A stretch of 64,000 nt of DNA from Moniliella sp. 'wahieum'. Its lineage: Eukaryota. The first letter of the stretch is position 1, and each line of letters begins with the position of its first letter. The stretch lies in the NCBI GenBank assembly GCA_003971905.1, contig RSEE01000018.1, forward strand, positions 558,001 through 622,000. The letters are read 5' to 3'. This document shows positions 37,562 to 51,425 of this stretch, in pieces. Both the position numbers and the translations under genes were made by a program. The notes below the pieces were generated by a model. It saw nothing but the letters and a program-made list of their open reading frames with translations. It did not search any database and was not told the origin of the DNA.

Positions 37562-38758
37562 TCAAGATGTAGCGTTGCTGCCCTGTGTACACGAACCATC
37601 CCATTCCTTCACTGGGTACCAACCTTGGCGAATGTAGCAGCCACCAAAAGAGGGAACGCGAGTGTGGCATCGCACGAAACCTTGATGCTCACGCCTCCGC
37701 GCTCGGCCGATTTGATCTTGCCCCACGAGATGGCCTCGTCTGGCCGAGCACCCGAATCAGACCCGTCAAATTCTTGGCCCGTTGATGTAAACGGCATAGT
37801 CGGCACCATTGCGGAAGAGCATGGCATTGGCAATTTGGTGCTTGCACACACCGCCACCGAGGATAATGATACCTGCCTTGGGCGATTGAACCGACAAATC
37901 GTTGAGCCGACGAATGTCGCGAACCAAGTCAACAACCATGGGGCGCAACGACTTGTACGAATGGAAGTACAACATATCCCCCAGGCTGCCGTCAGTCAGT
38001 GCAGGGCAAAAGACTGGCACGCCGTTTTGGCGGCCCAGTAGAGGATGGATGATTCATCATTGATCTCACGGCCCAGGCGCTCGCACACCTTGCTAGGTGT
38101 CCAGACCATCAAGTCCCCTCATCCTCCTCATGGGTTTCTTGCCGCTCGACCCAGGAAGACGCTGTTCCGAAGCCATTTTTTCAAGAATAGGCATGATCCA
38201 ATCCTCGAAAGCAGTGTAGTTGTCGTTGGGAACGACCAGGTTGCCAATGCGGTTCATACCCTTCTTGCGCAACTCGCCACCGTCGAGGTTGAACTTGGCA
38301 ACATAGGTCGGTGCAAGACATTTGATCAAGTCCTCCTCAACGCCACCGGCCGTGGTTACCAGGACGTCGACATGCCTGTGCTGGACGAGATAGCGAATGA
38401 CTTCCCTTACACCCGAGGAAACGAGGTTGGACGTGTAGCCTAGGAAAATCTTGCACTTGGTTGCCTTGCGACGAGAATCCCGTTGCTCTGCTGTCTCCTC
38501 ACGGGCCTCCATGTCTGCTGCAATCTCTTCGGGCGACGCAGGTTCGTCCGACTGACGCCAGGTGAGCATTGAGTTGACAACATCGATGGCGTGACCAAGC
38601 TCGGTTGCCTGGAAGCCTGTGGTTCCTAGTGCGCCCAGCAGATCGTCGAGAGTAACCTTGCCCCGGCCAAAGTCGAGCCCCTTGACCTGGGGAGTGTCCT
38701 CCGGGACGCTGACAGATGCTGCAAACACGGCAGCTTGAGCGGACTCGGGGGCAGACAT
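37562..38758 (-). CDS. DYS1: Deoxyhypusine synthase; 3' end at 37562 or 37609
   Basis: [97 protein letters not shown]. Confidence 0.96.
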
Positions 38759-39198
38759 GCCGGCACGGGAAGCAGAAGAAGGTGGTGGTGGGGGGGGGGG
38801 GCGGCCGACGCTGGCAAAAAAAAAATCACCCCATTGCGGCGCTGGCTGGGCGCGAGACAGGCAGAGCGCAGAGCGCAAACGACGATGAAGTTGAATGTTC
38901 AACCTGCGAGAAGAAACGAGGACAGCCGATGAGACTGCTGTGTGATGTGCGACGTGTGATATGCAATGCGTGGTGATGCAGGTGATGGGTATATTGATGG
39001 ATGAAATTGAAATCAACTGGCTGTGCGGCTGTGCTACGGCATGCGACAGCCTGCGACGAATCACGGCTGGCGGCTGACGTGGCGCCCCGCCCACAAACCA
39101 GATGGACATCGCCGGCCGCCGCTTTTTCCTCACCACCTCCAGGCACTTCCTGGCCCCGCTCCCCCTGCTCCCCGCCGCGCCCTGAGGTCTGCTTCGAG

Positions 39199-40972
39199 AT
39201 GCGCGCCAACACCGCCCTTCTTGCTGCCACACTTGCAACTCTGGCCACGGCGCGCGACGTGACCGCCTCGGGCGCGGTGCCGCGCGGCGTGGCCCCTTCT
39301 GATGCCGCTCGCTACGAACCTCTGGACGAGACGGTTGCTGGCGCGCCAGGCTGGCGCTCTTTCTTCGGGCGAACTTATCCCCTTTGCGGCTGTCAATGAC
39401 GACTACTGCGACTGTGCCGATGGGTCGGACGAGCCGGGCACAGCTGCCTGTGCTGGCAGCCACTTTACTGTGCCAACGAGGGGCACACCCCCGCCTACAT
39501 CCCTTCCCCGCGTTGGGGATGGCCTTTGCGAGCCAACTTGCTGCGACGGATCGGATGAGGCTTTGAACCCGCTGGATGATGGTAGCACGAGATGCCCGAA
39601 CACATGTGCCGAGGTGGGCCGCAAAGCTCGTCTGGCCCAAGCTCAACGCGATGCCCTCCGCCGCTCGGGCGCCAAGATTCGAGCCGGGTACATTGCCAAG
39701 GCGGCCAAGGCATTGGCCAACGAGAAGGCCAAAGTGAGCCGATTGACGCTTGAGATTGGCCTGGCTCAAGAGAAGGTGGCCGCGCTGAAAGAGGCGTATG
39801 AGGCGGCGTCGGCCCGTCTAAAGGCTGACACGGCGGCCAAGAAGGAACTGCCGGCGTACAAGGCGCTTGTCGCGGCTCAGTACCAGCTGGCGGCCGACGA
39901 GGCAGTCAGGAAGGAGCTCCTGGACGAGTTGGTACCTCACTGAGCTGCTCGATGGTTTGGCGGGCGGGTACAACCCCAACTACCAAGATATGGCAGTCAA
40001 GGGGGCCGTGATGGAGTACCGCTCCTGGAAGGCTGCGCAAGACCCTTCTGACGAGAGACCGAGGGAACGCTGAACACGCCGACACGGGAGGCAGCGTAAA
40101 CATTGCTCAGGAGCCGCCTGTGCGGATGGAGCACTGCGGAACCTGGTTGCTCACCCTCCCCTGGTGGGCAAGGAAAGCGGCGCCTCGGTGCCAAATGATG
40201 AGCCCATCCCTCCTCCAACGAACGTTTGAGCTGCTTAGTCAGAACCCATTGGACATCGTGACACCTGGATCGTCCCGTCACTCCAAGAGTGGGCTTCTGT
40301 TCCGCATCCATGAGTACCTTCCTGACAGTGTGGTGCCTTACTTGAGGCCACCGTCGACACCCTTCTCGATCTCCTGGTCAAGGCCAATGTGGTCAGCCGG
40401 AACGGACGAGAGGAAGGTTCGGGAGAGCGCGACGAAGCTCGGAAGGAGCGCGTTGCCCTGGAAGAGGCTGAAGCGCACCTTCGTAAACTCGAAGGCGAAC
40501 TCAATGATGCCCACATGGCTTCGCAGCTTGAGCCCGCGGGTGTGGGGTCCCGAGGGGGAGTGGAAGGCCCTGGATGGGACCTGCGTCGAGTGGAAATCAG
40601 ACTCGGGAGAGTATGTGTACGAGATTTGCTTTGGTCCGGGCGCGCAAGCCCTGCAAAAGCCGCAGCGGGGTGGAGCTCAAGTCTCGCTGGGCAGGTTTGA
40701 CAAGTTCAACGTCCACAACCCCACTGATTTGAGCCCCGAAGAGGACCCAGCGCACTTCTTTGCCTCGGCGCTCTACAACAATGGACAGCGCGCTGGAACG
40801 GGCCGGACCGTTCGGCCGTAGTGATGCTACGTGCGGGACGGAGAACGCGCTGACCAACGTGTTTGAGGCGGAGAAGTGCATCTACAACATGGCCGTCACG
40901 ACGCCAGCGGTGTGCTACCCTCTGGAGGGTCAGAAGAAGACGCCGGTGGCGGACGGACACCCCGACCTGTAA
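39199..40972 (+). CDS. GTB1: Glucosidase II beta subunit (PRKCSH/Gtb1-like)
   Basis: Signal peptide [45 protein letters not shown], a coiled coil, [13 protein letters not shown], an MRH domain ([10 protein letters not shown]...YVYEICF...EKCIY) and C-terminal HPDL. Confidence 0.92.
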
Positions 40973-41364
40973 CTTTTTTTTCTCATCCGCAGTACTCTGC
41001 GCAACGAAGCCACAATCCAGTCAGACCGTGGCGTTGGAGCCCAGATATGTGGAGAGTGTCAAGGATATGCGTAGAAGCAGAGTGGATGCAAGTTGGAGCT
41101 TATCTATGCTTCTCTCTGCCGGACGTGCTCCGCTTGTGACGTGCGACTGGAGGTGCCTTTCTAGACATAAGATCTAAAGGATCGTCAACGTTGACAGTCT
41201 ACGGTCACCACGTCCCACTACTCCACCCGTCTCTACGTGACTCTAGGGGCAACCCATCTGTTTGAAAATTGATCGATCGGTCACGGTAGAGCATGCAATA
41301 CAACCTTCCATTTTGCAACAGGAAGACGAGGGGAAACATGACAGGCAGCCCGGTCGGGCCAATT

Positions 41365-43154
41365 TTAGGCATCCGTCGTGGCTGCAATCCGGGCCCCCCA
41401 CGCGCCGCGAGGCCTGAAAGCAGGCTTCTTGGCGGGGGCAGCCGCAGCGGCAGGCTCCTCAGCATTCTCCTCCTTTGTCTTGGGGGGCGCAATGGGCAGG
41501 GGCATGTTGCGCAAGTGTTGGGTCGAGTCCGCCATGCGCGTGCCGTTGCGCAAGAACCAGTCTCCGTACCGCCGCCCGGCGCGGTGCTCCGCCACATGGA
41601 CCGTGTCGCCGTCGAGAACAAAGTCGAGGTCGGATGTGTTGATCACCGTGCCCTCCAGCAGGTTGCCTGCTTGCCACTTGAATTGCCGTGTCGCCGCCTT
41701 GGCCACCATCATGCGCTCAATCACCTCTTCTTCATCGGTGTCGCAGAAGTCGGCGAGTTTGTCGATACCAAGCGACTTGTAAAGCTTGACAAAGCTCCGC
41801 ACCGTTCCGTTCGAGAGTTGAGGGATAATGTCCGCCATGAAAAGCTTGAGTTGATGCTGCACCGGGTCAGAAAGCTGGGCGTCATCCCACACCCGCATCG
41901 CCTCCGGGTCATCGTACGCTGGGCCCGAGGTGGCAATGAATTTGGGCGCCGCGTAAAGGAACAGCTCCTCAAATGCCGAGGACTGGGCCTTGTGCATCCT
42001 GGCCAGCTGCTCGCCGTATTTGTCCTTGAGTGCTGACTGCAGGCCCTCGTCAGCCGAGTAGGGCAAAGAACGATGCTGATGGCCAACAACGCGTACATCC
42101 GGTCCGCCGTCTTGGTCAGCTGATCGTGTTGGTACGAACGGGTGAAGGACTTGAGACGCTGCATGAACGTGAGGATGCTAGTGAAGGAACGAATCGCGTC
42201 AGGGTAGCGACCGAGCATCAGGTAGGCAAAGCCGACATAGTAGTAGGTAGACACATGGCACGCCGTCACACGAGTCATCAGCGCATTCTTTGCCCAACTC
42301 AATGTGGTCAAGGGTTTGAGAGCAAGGGTGTAGTCACCCAGCAGGACATGCACGCGCAGCAAACCAATCAAGCTGAAGAAGCCCAAGGTCTTGTAGAGCT
42401 GCGTGCTGCCATACTCACCCGCCACCTCGTCCGGGTCCTCCAGCGGCGGTGGCGGCGAGCTGCTGGACAATGTTGGCCTTCTGGATCAACGAGTAGGACA
42501 TTGAGCACCGAGTAGCTGCTCCACACCCCACCTTCACGGAGAAGCTCAAGATCCTCCTGTTTTACTGGAGAGCTTGTTGCGCCATTGGCTGAAGCTCTGG
42601 TACTGGTAGATAAACTCGTCGATAATGTCCCAGAGCCACTGCGAGGGCAAGTTGATGGGCACGGGGCCGTGCTCATTGTTGAGAACGTAGTTGAAGAAGT
42701 CGCAGTAGTTGTCGTACGAGCTAAAACGGTCTTCCCCGGTCGGTTGCAGACGCGAGTAGACGTGGCGGTACCAAAGTTCCTTGTAGAGGATGAGGAATAC
42801 CTGGTCATTCTCCACCAGCGGGGCGATCACCTCGGCATCGGGCCACTCGGATTGGCATAGTGCTTGGCGGTCAAGCTGTTCCAGCCCCCCTCGTACGGAG
42901 CTGATCTCGGGGAGAGAGTTGTTCTTGACAGGGGTGTAGAAGCCAATGAGGTACTTCTTGACAGGCGACGGCACCTGCTGCAGGGCAGCAGTCTGCTGGG
43001 CAGCCGCAGCCTTCTGGGCTTCGGCGACCAGGGCGGCGTGCGCGGCGTCGTCGGCAAAAGCATCGCCGGCAGCGGCATAGTCGACGCCGAGGTCGACCTC
43101 TCCTTCCAGGAGCTCCTCGTCTTCGACGTCTTGGGTGTAGTACGGGGCGGACAT
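41365..43154 (-). CDS. EIF3L: Translation initiation factor eIF3 subunit L
   Basis: FLILYKELWYRHVYSRL, LPSQWLWDIIDEFIYQYQSF, LYKTLGFFSLIGLLRVHVLLGDY, FEELFLYAAPKFI, RRYGDWFLRN. Confidence 0.95.
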
Positions 43155-43771
43155 GGTGGTGGGGGTCGAGTCGATGTCCGAGCGAGCAGGCGAAGAGCGA
43201 GGGCGGCAGGGGAGGAGCAGCGAAACAGCCGCCGTGCGCCCCGGATTTTTTTCCCCTCTGCTGCCGCCGGCCACACTGCCCGCATGCGGCGGCGGCGCGT
43301 GGGCATGCTTCGGGGGCGGAATGGCGACGACGCCGGCGGAACAGGCGGCGTGGTCCAGGCTGCCCAAAGTGAAAGTTGCAGTCCGGTGTGCAGGCGCGTG
43401 GTGTGTGATGTGCACGGTGTGATGTTGGGGGCAGAAGGCGGGGGCTGGTGGTGACCGGTGACGGTGACCGGTGAGGGTGCCAGTGAAGCTAGTGAGCGTA
43501 AGCGTGACGGGTGGAGTGACGGGTGGCAGGCACGGGAGGCGGGGCACGGGGGCGTGCTCCACTGAGGCGGCGCGGCGGCCCCGAGCAGGTGGGAAGGCGT
43601 GGCGGGCGCTGGGGCGGCGGCCGTGGCACACGCGAGCGACACAGACCCTCGCCCGCCTGGGCCACAGTCTGTCCCCAGCGGCGCGCACGCTGGATTCGGT
43701 CGATTCAGGATTGCCTGTGCGATTGATACGCCGCCCCGCTCCTCTGCCCACCCCCGCTCCTCCCCGCCGCC

Positions 43772-45131
<1,360 letters not shown>

Positions 45132-45653
45132 ATCCTTATTGGCGCTGCCTCTGACCAAGTCCATCTACATCCCCTCCTTGCCTCCGGCCAGAATGTTGGT
45201 CCAGATGATTGGCTTATCCCCATGTTCTTTGCTGTATCTCCGTTCTTTTTCACTCTTCCATACACTCTCCCTTTCTCACCCTTCGTCCTTGGGCATGGTG
45301 TGTACTGAGTCTGATGAACCCGCAACATTTTTTTGATATAACAACTGGTGCCAATGGCCCCACTACGTTCCTCCTTCGTCTGGACCCGTTTCCCCGTCAT
45401 CTGTCACTAGCCTCGTCTCTCTTGTCTACCAGCCAGCTGTGCCTTCAATCCATCTCCTAATGCTGATTTGGAAGTACCCTGTGTCCCAACGCAGAGGGGA
45501 TAACAACGCATTCCCCCTCCTGGCTCTCCCTCGTCCCCCCTTTTCATGTGAACTGTAGCATATTTGGAGGAGCAATAGGAGAGGCATGGGTATTGTCGTA
45601 TATGGAGGCAAGAGAAGCACGATGCCGTGAACGCATGAATACAAAATGCAGAA

Positions 45654-47211
45654 CTACAACTCAAAACGGGACTTGGCCGTCCCATACAGCTCTTGGTATA
45701 GCGCCCGCAAGTCATCCGACGCCTGCTTAGCCTTGGGTCCTTGCCCCATCTCATCGTTTATGGCAAGGAACTTGATCCCGTGAGCGATACGATAGCGGAT
45801 GTTGAGGCGAACCGACGCATTCTCCTCGGCAGAAGATGTCCACCGATGCAGCAATATGGTCTGTGTCGTCATTGACTGAGGCGCCACGGCAAAGGTCAAG
45901 GGCGACTTTTGATGGCCCAGAGGGCGAGTTCCATGCATCAAGCTCCCCTCGAGCGCCGTGTAGGCATGCACCAGTAGCGGTGTGATCACGTCCTCGTAAT
46001 GTCGAAAGCGGTGCGAGAGGGGTGGTGTTGATCTCGGTTACAAAACGGCGTGTTGTGCCGAGCAAGGCGGTACGGGAATACACAAAGGGCGCGTGGCGTA
46101 CAAAGCGAGGTGGAAAGGCAAGTTGCTCAGCAGGACCATAGGCACGTTGAATCGCATCCAGCGTGTTGTAGGTACTAAACCGCCAAACGTGTTGGGCAGG
46201 AACAATTTCATGGTAGTTGGGTGGCTTGCGAATCTCTTTCGATTCCAGGTATTGCAACACGCCCCGCCCCGAACCACGTCCACGGTAGCCGTCCTGGATC
46301 CAGACTTCGTCTGGAGAAACATCGTCGCCCCCCCCAAGGTGAAAAAGTCACTGGGGTGCAAGGGTGAAGGGAAGGTGTAGTCATCATTGCAGTGGATAAT
46401 CCACTCACTGTCCGGCAAATGGCTGCCGCGAGGGGGAGGGGGAAGCCGATGCAGGAAGGCTTCAATGACGTTGGAGCTAAAGGTAGGCTGAGCCGCCGGG
46501 GGGAGCAAAACGTCTTGGTCCACCCACTCGATCCGTCCGAAGATCGGGGTGGCCGGTTTGCGCGGCAGGCGACGCATGGGGTACTGCTTGTCCCTTGGCG
46601 TTGAAAGGGGGGTGGGCGAGGCGGACAAAAGAAGGTGGCGAGGGGGACACGATCACAATTCGTCCCGTGTGCCAAGGCAAATGCATGGCTAACGTGCGCA
46701 AACTGAACAGCAGATCATCATTGTCCCGATCCCGGTCGCCGCCAACGGCGACACGCCCGCCATACCGTTCCCGCAGTTGACGGTTGTCAGGGTCGCTGCC
46801 GTTGATCCATGTATAGACAATGGTCGCGTTGCGCGCCCACTCCCATTCGGGCTCGAGCTGTGCGGATGGCGCGACTGACGCCAGCCCCCCCTGGGGGTCC
46901 GGCCCCCCATCTGCTGGTGATGAGGCGAACGAAGGGAGGGAAGCCTTTGGGGTGGACACGGAAGGGAAAAGGTAAGAGGAAATGGAAGTGCGAGAGCGGA
47001 GAGGATCAGATTGGAGGTGGAGTGCCGACCGGATCGGTGCGGTGGTTGCAGCCATTACAAGGACCATCAGCACGGCGGCGACAATCAAGACAGTACAAGC
47101 GCGCGAGGGGCGGCGGGACGGATACGCAGCGCCAGGTGCATTGGATCGTCTGTGGCGAGAGGGGAAGGGGCGGATACCAAAAGGGGAGCGTGGCCGAGCA
47201 CCCATTCCCAT
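45654..47211 (-). CDS. Stealth-family sugar-1-phosphate phosphotransferase, type II membrane topology; frameshifted
   Basis: An N-terminal TM segment, CR1 IVYTWINGSDP, CR2 RDNDDLLFSLRTLAMHLPW...PTFSSNVIE...NDDY, HAPFVY, and CR4 FLAINDE. Confidence 0.88.
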
Positions 47212-49175
47212 AGTCGGTGAGGCGCTGAGCAGTCCTGGTTTCACGCGTCTTCCGGAAGCGGTGGCCGTGGTGGTGAGCAAGAAGATGTGCATTTGTTCTG
47301 AATCCCCCTGGGCTGTGTGTGGTAGGCTTGACCACTGCAGGTGGGTTGAATGTTCCTTGCCTGAGACCCGGCGCGACTGCCACCGTGAAGCCGGTGAAGC
47401 TTGAAGACGAGAAGGCCCGAAAGCTGATGCACTGAGGGTGCGCCAGCCGGCACACATCGTTTCATCACCCCCATCCCACCCGCTGTCTCGCCTGGGTCCG
47501 CTCGGGTCTGACGCCGTCTTGCTCCGCTGCTTACGCGGACCACAGGCACCTCTGCGAAATCATATCACACAGCCGGCAGCCTGCCGAACAAGGCCGGTGT
47601 TGGCAATGGTATCAACGTCAACACAGCGTCAAGGTTCAAAGCGTTTAGCGTGAACACATCGAACATGATTCTAAGCAGGGCGTAATGGGAGGTGGAAGAG
47701 CCTGGTGGAGCACACAGTGAGAAGCTGCATCCCACCACTGCCACCGCCATATGTGCCAATCTCATTTTCTTTTACTTCGGGTTCAACGTGTTCAAAACGT
47801 TCAGATGTCGTCAGACGAGTATATAGCCACAGAGTGTGGAAACTAGAAGCCGATTGCTGGCCTCGATGGTCACCGTGTTCGTTGGGCCTGACTGTCACTA
47901 TGTCATGGAAGTTGATCACAGACTTAATCACAACTTGCTCGAGGTTGTCCACATGTATATGTAAGCTAGTTAAACGTTAAACGTTAACAAGGCGCTCTAA
48001 GATAACCCTAAGCGCTATAATTATGGTGCGAAACAGGAAGAGAGTCGGCGTATTAGCGCAGAGCGTAGCGGTACTACCACACAATATCTGGCTAACTGAC
48101 GGCAACACGTGATGCACGAGATGGCCCCAACGGAGTGGGAACGAGCGAGAGGCTTCTGACCACGAACGCAAAGGTGAACGAAATCTCCAGACGAAGAGTA
48201 TGTCGCCTGGTGTCGCTCGTGACGCGTGACGTTGAAACGCGTGAAGAGAAGAAAACCAGAAGGAGAGGGAGAAAAGCGACAACAGAGAAGAGCACACAAA
48301 TTGTGACCGTGTGATGGATCGAAACGGCGCACGATCGCGAGGACAACGCAATACTAGCGTAGTGCCGACGCATCATGGATGATCTAGATGATCGATGATC
48401 GATGAGGCGACCTGAGTAAGAGTCTGAGTATACTATAGTGCACAATCATTAATCATCGATATTGTAGCGACGCGTGAAAAGGCTCTGACCTGGAGACACC
48501 TAGTCTCTAAACCACAGACGATCAGCGAGTAGAAATCAAGTAACGAGGTGAGCGAGAAGAAGGGGAAGGGGGAAGGAGAGGTGTTGGCGAAGAGGACAGA
48601 GCAAGCAGTGGGACAGGAATGTACACGTGTGGCCTGCTGGCCTGCTCGCGGCAACTCGAGGGTCTAGCTTTCACATCTACAAATCACAGGCAAGGCACCG
48701 GTGGGTGACATGGCAACAATATCGATCATCTCCAAGTTAATTAAGTCACAGCAGTACGAGCTCTACAGCATCAGAGCGAACCGCGGTTCACTTGTGCGGA
48801 TGCAGACGCAGATATCAGAAGGTGAAAACAGACGGATGATCGATGAAGAGAAGAACAGTGGAACCCATTGGACAGGGAACGGATTCCGGGCGGAAGCCCG
48901 GAGCCGTACCCGTCCACAAAAGCCCGGTACGAGTGTGAGAGATAGTGACACTTCGAAATACTACACAGCGTTACCTGAGGCCTGATGTTACAGTATACAC
49001 AGCCTTTTACTGACGGTACTGACCGGTGACCGGTGACCTCTCTCTCTCGTATCAAAAAACCATGTCAGTCCCATTAATAGACTAATGGGGAAAGGTTTCA
49101 CTTCTAATAGTACTAGAGACTAATAGCACAGTAGGACTGTCAAACCTCAGGACCTCAGGAGGCAACTTCTCCTCC

Positions 49176-49393
49176 ACAAGGAGGACTACCACCGGGCCTA
49201 CGGCCCGGTCAGCTGGGGCTTCGCCCCAGCTGTGCTGCGTCGCCACCTTAGCTACCGTTCCCCCTTCGCCACCGTAGCCACCGTTCCACCGTCGCCAACA
49301 CCGACATAGAGAAATAATATCACCGATGCTTGCTGCTGGCTGCGGGTGGGGGTGGCGTGGAACGTGGCACGGGGCAGCTGATGTAAAAAGTGC
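49176..49393 (-). mobile_element. Short non-autonomous Helitron-like repeat, copy 3 (diverged)
   Basis: Same ACCGGGCCTACGGCCCGGT hairpin, TCGCCACC(T/G)TAGC(C/T)ACCGTT units, AAATAATATCACCGAT and GTAAAAAGTGC. On the minus strand it ends in CTTGT. It has an extra hairpin CAGCTGGGGC-TTC-GCCCCAGCTG. Confidence 0.6.
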
Positions 49394-51294
49394 CAGGACG
49401 ATAGTAACCACTAATCGATCTTCCACAGTGCGTGCGTCGGTGGGCCCCGAACGGGACGTCGTAATCCGTGCCAGAAAAGTGGAGCATGCGTCTGGAAGAG
49501 CGACATCCGTGCGCTCTGAGATCTGACTGCTGATCTCTCTCAGCGTTATGAGACCTGAAGTCCTCATGGTCCTCGACGGTGCTGCAACTGCACTGGCGGT
49601 GGTATAGTGGTCTAAGCAGCAATGCCTACAGAGAAACAACAAGCAGCTAGTCACCACCAGGGTGGCTACTAGGCTGCGGAACAGGAAAACAGAAGAGAGA
49701 AAACAATGGAATTCTTATATTACGCCTGAGGAGGGACAGAAGGGACGTTGGCCAAAACACGCGAGCTACCCGCGGTGGCTAAACACATCAGTGCCCTCGT
49801 TGTAGCCTAGCAGACTCCCTATATGATAGAGCAGTATACGCTCGGCACTCGCCCCCTCGCGGGGCCTCCCCGCGAGTGACACACGCCTGCCTTGTTCTTT
49901 TGCGCTTAGGACGCCTGAGAGAGGGGGAAGCTCTGATGATCGATGACTGATGATGACCACGGTATAGATAGGCAAGTAGCTAGTAGCGGGGGGGAGAGTG
50001 TGAAATACCACATGGATCGCGAGTGTCTCGGCACTAAACTTTGTGGTTTTATCTGAGATCATCTGTTGAGAGGTATATAGGGGTCTTCCGTGGATACTGT
50101 CGTAGTATTAGTTGATGGAACCGAACTGGATTCGCGCGCATGATAATTTAATTCGCCCCATAGCAAGACGTTATCGCGGCATCGATGGAGAGAGTAACTG
50201 AGTTCACTGAGTACTCCATCTGAGTAGTGCTAGTGAGCTGAAGTAGTGACACTAGCGACTAGTGACTAGTGATTAGTGAGGCATGATGCCGAAGAGACTT
50301 GAAGCTTGAAGCTTTGGAGCTTGAAGCTTGAAGCTTATTGAAGAAGACTGAAACAGTTTTGTGAGAGGCTCAACGTTTGACGTGGTTGACATGTTGACAC
50401 CTACGCCACCAACCTCCGACGGACATTCATTTGCATTCTACGATGCGAGGCCGAAGAAGAGATTTTCGACAGGCCGTATTTCCATCTCCTAAAAACATAG
50501 GTGAGCGTGAAAAGCATATGGCCAGGTGGTTGGAGTGTATTGTAAAGATTCAACGTATACATTTTGAGCACGTTCGTTGGTCTCACAGTCTCAACAGTAA
50601 CTCAATACAGGATTCATATTCACATGTGACAGTATGCTCTCTGTTCTCTCTTTGGTCCAGCGTTCAACATGACGTGCTCGCACCTTGCTGCAATGACTAG
50701 TATCTAACTCTATTCAAAACAAAACACAAACGTCCGCAGAAACTCACTCAGTACTCAGTACTCATCTCAATAGATCTCAACGATCATCGATCCTCGTTAT
50801 CTGCATCATGCATCACTATAGTCACTAGTCACTTTCGGTCTAAAGCATGTTCTGCATTTTTGATGCATGTCAGTTGGACGTTGGCGGCGGAACCACATGG
50901 ACCCGATGCAGTCGTCTGGTGGGAGACGGGCGGGAGGTGGGGAACATGAGATCTGAGACCTGAGACCTGGGATATGAGAACCGGACTAGCCGGTAACAGG
51001 GTACCACCACAGGTTTGCTTTATCGATACGCGTCCTCTCCCTCAGAGATACAGATGGCTTTTTGTTGAAACGTCTCGCCCTTCACGATACGGAAGACATC
51101 CCGTTTGTTCAACGTTGTTCAGGCCCGCCTTAGGCCTCAGGGCCTCAGCAGAAATAAAGCAGCGGAGTCGTTGGATCATTGATAGAAGTGGTTTCTGGAC
51201 TGGTGGTTCGGTACCGAGAGATTATCGAGTATCTAACAGATTCCAAGAACCGTGTCAACAATTAAATTAGGCGTGAGATCGATGTGAGAGATAG

Positions 51295-51425
51295 CATGGG
51301 GACATGAGGACATGGGGCATGGGGACATGGGGCATGGAGGCATGGCGACATGGACATATGGAGACGTGGGGACATGGGGACAGGTGACATGGAGACATGG
51401 AGACATGGGGACAGGTGACATGGAC
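51295..51425. repeat. Degenerate minisatellite of roughly 8-bp GACATGGR/CATGGGG units
   Basis: catggggacatgaggacatggggcatggggacatgg...gacatggagacatggagacatggggacaggtgacatggac. Confidence 0.85.

Noticed and set aside
17823..38758. SAM synthetase and deoxyhypusine synthase (with GLT1) as a polyamine/nitrogen gene cluster
   Set aside because: They are far apart and separated by unrelated genes, so co-location is likely incidental.
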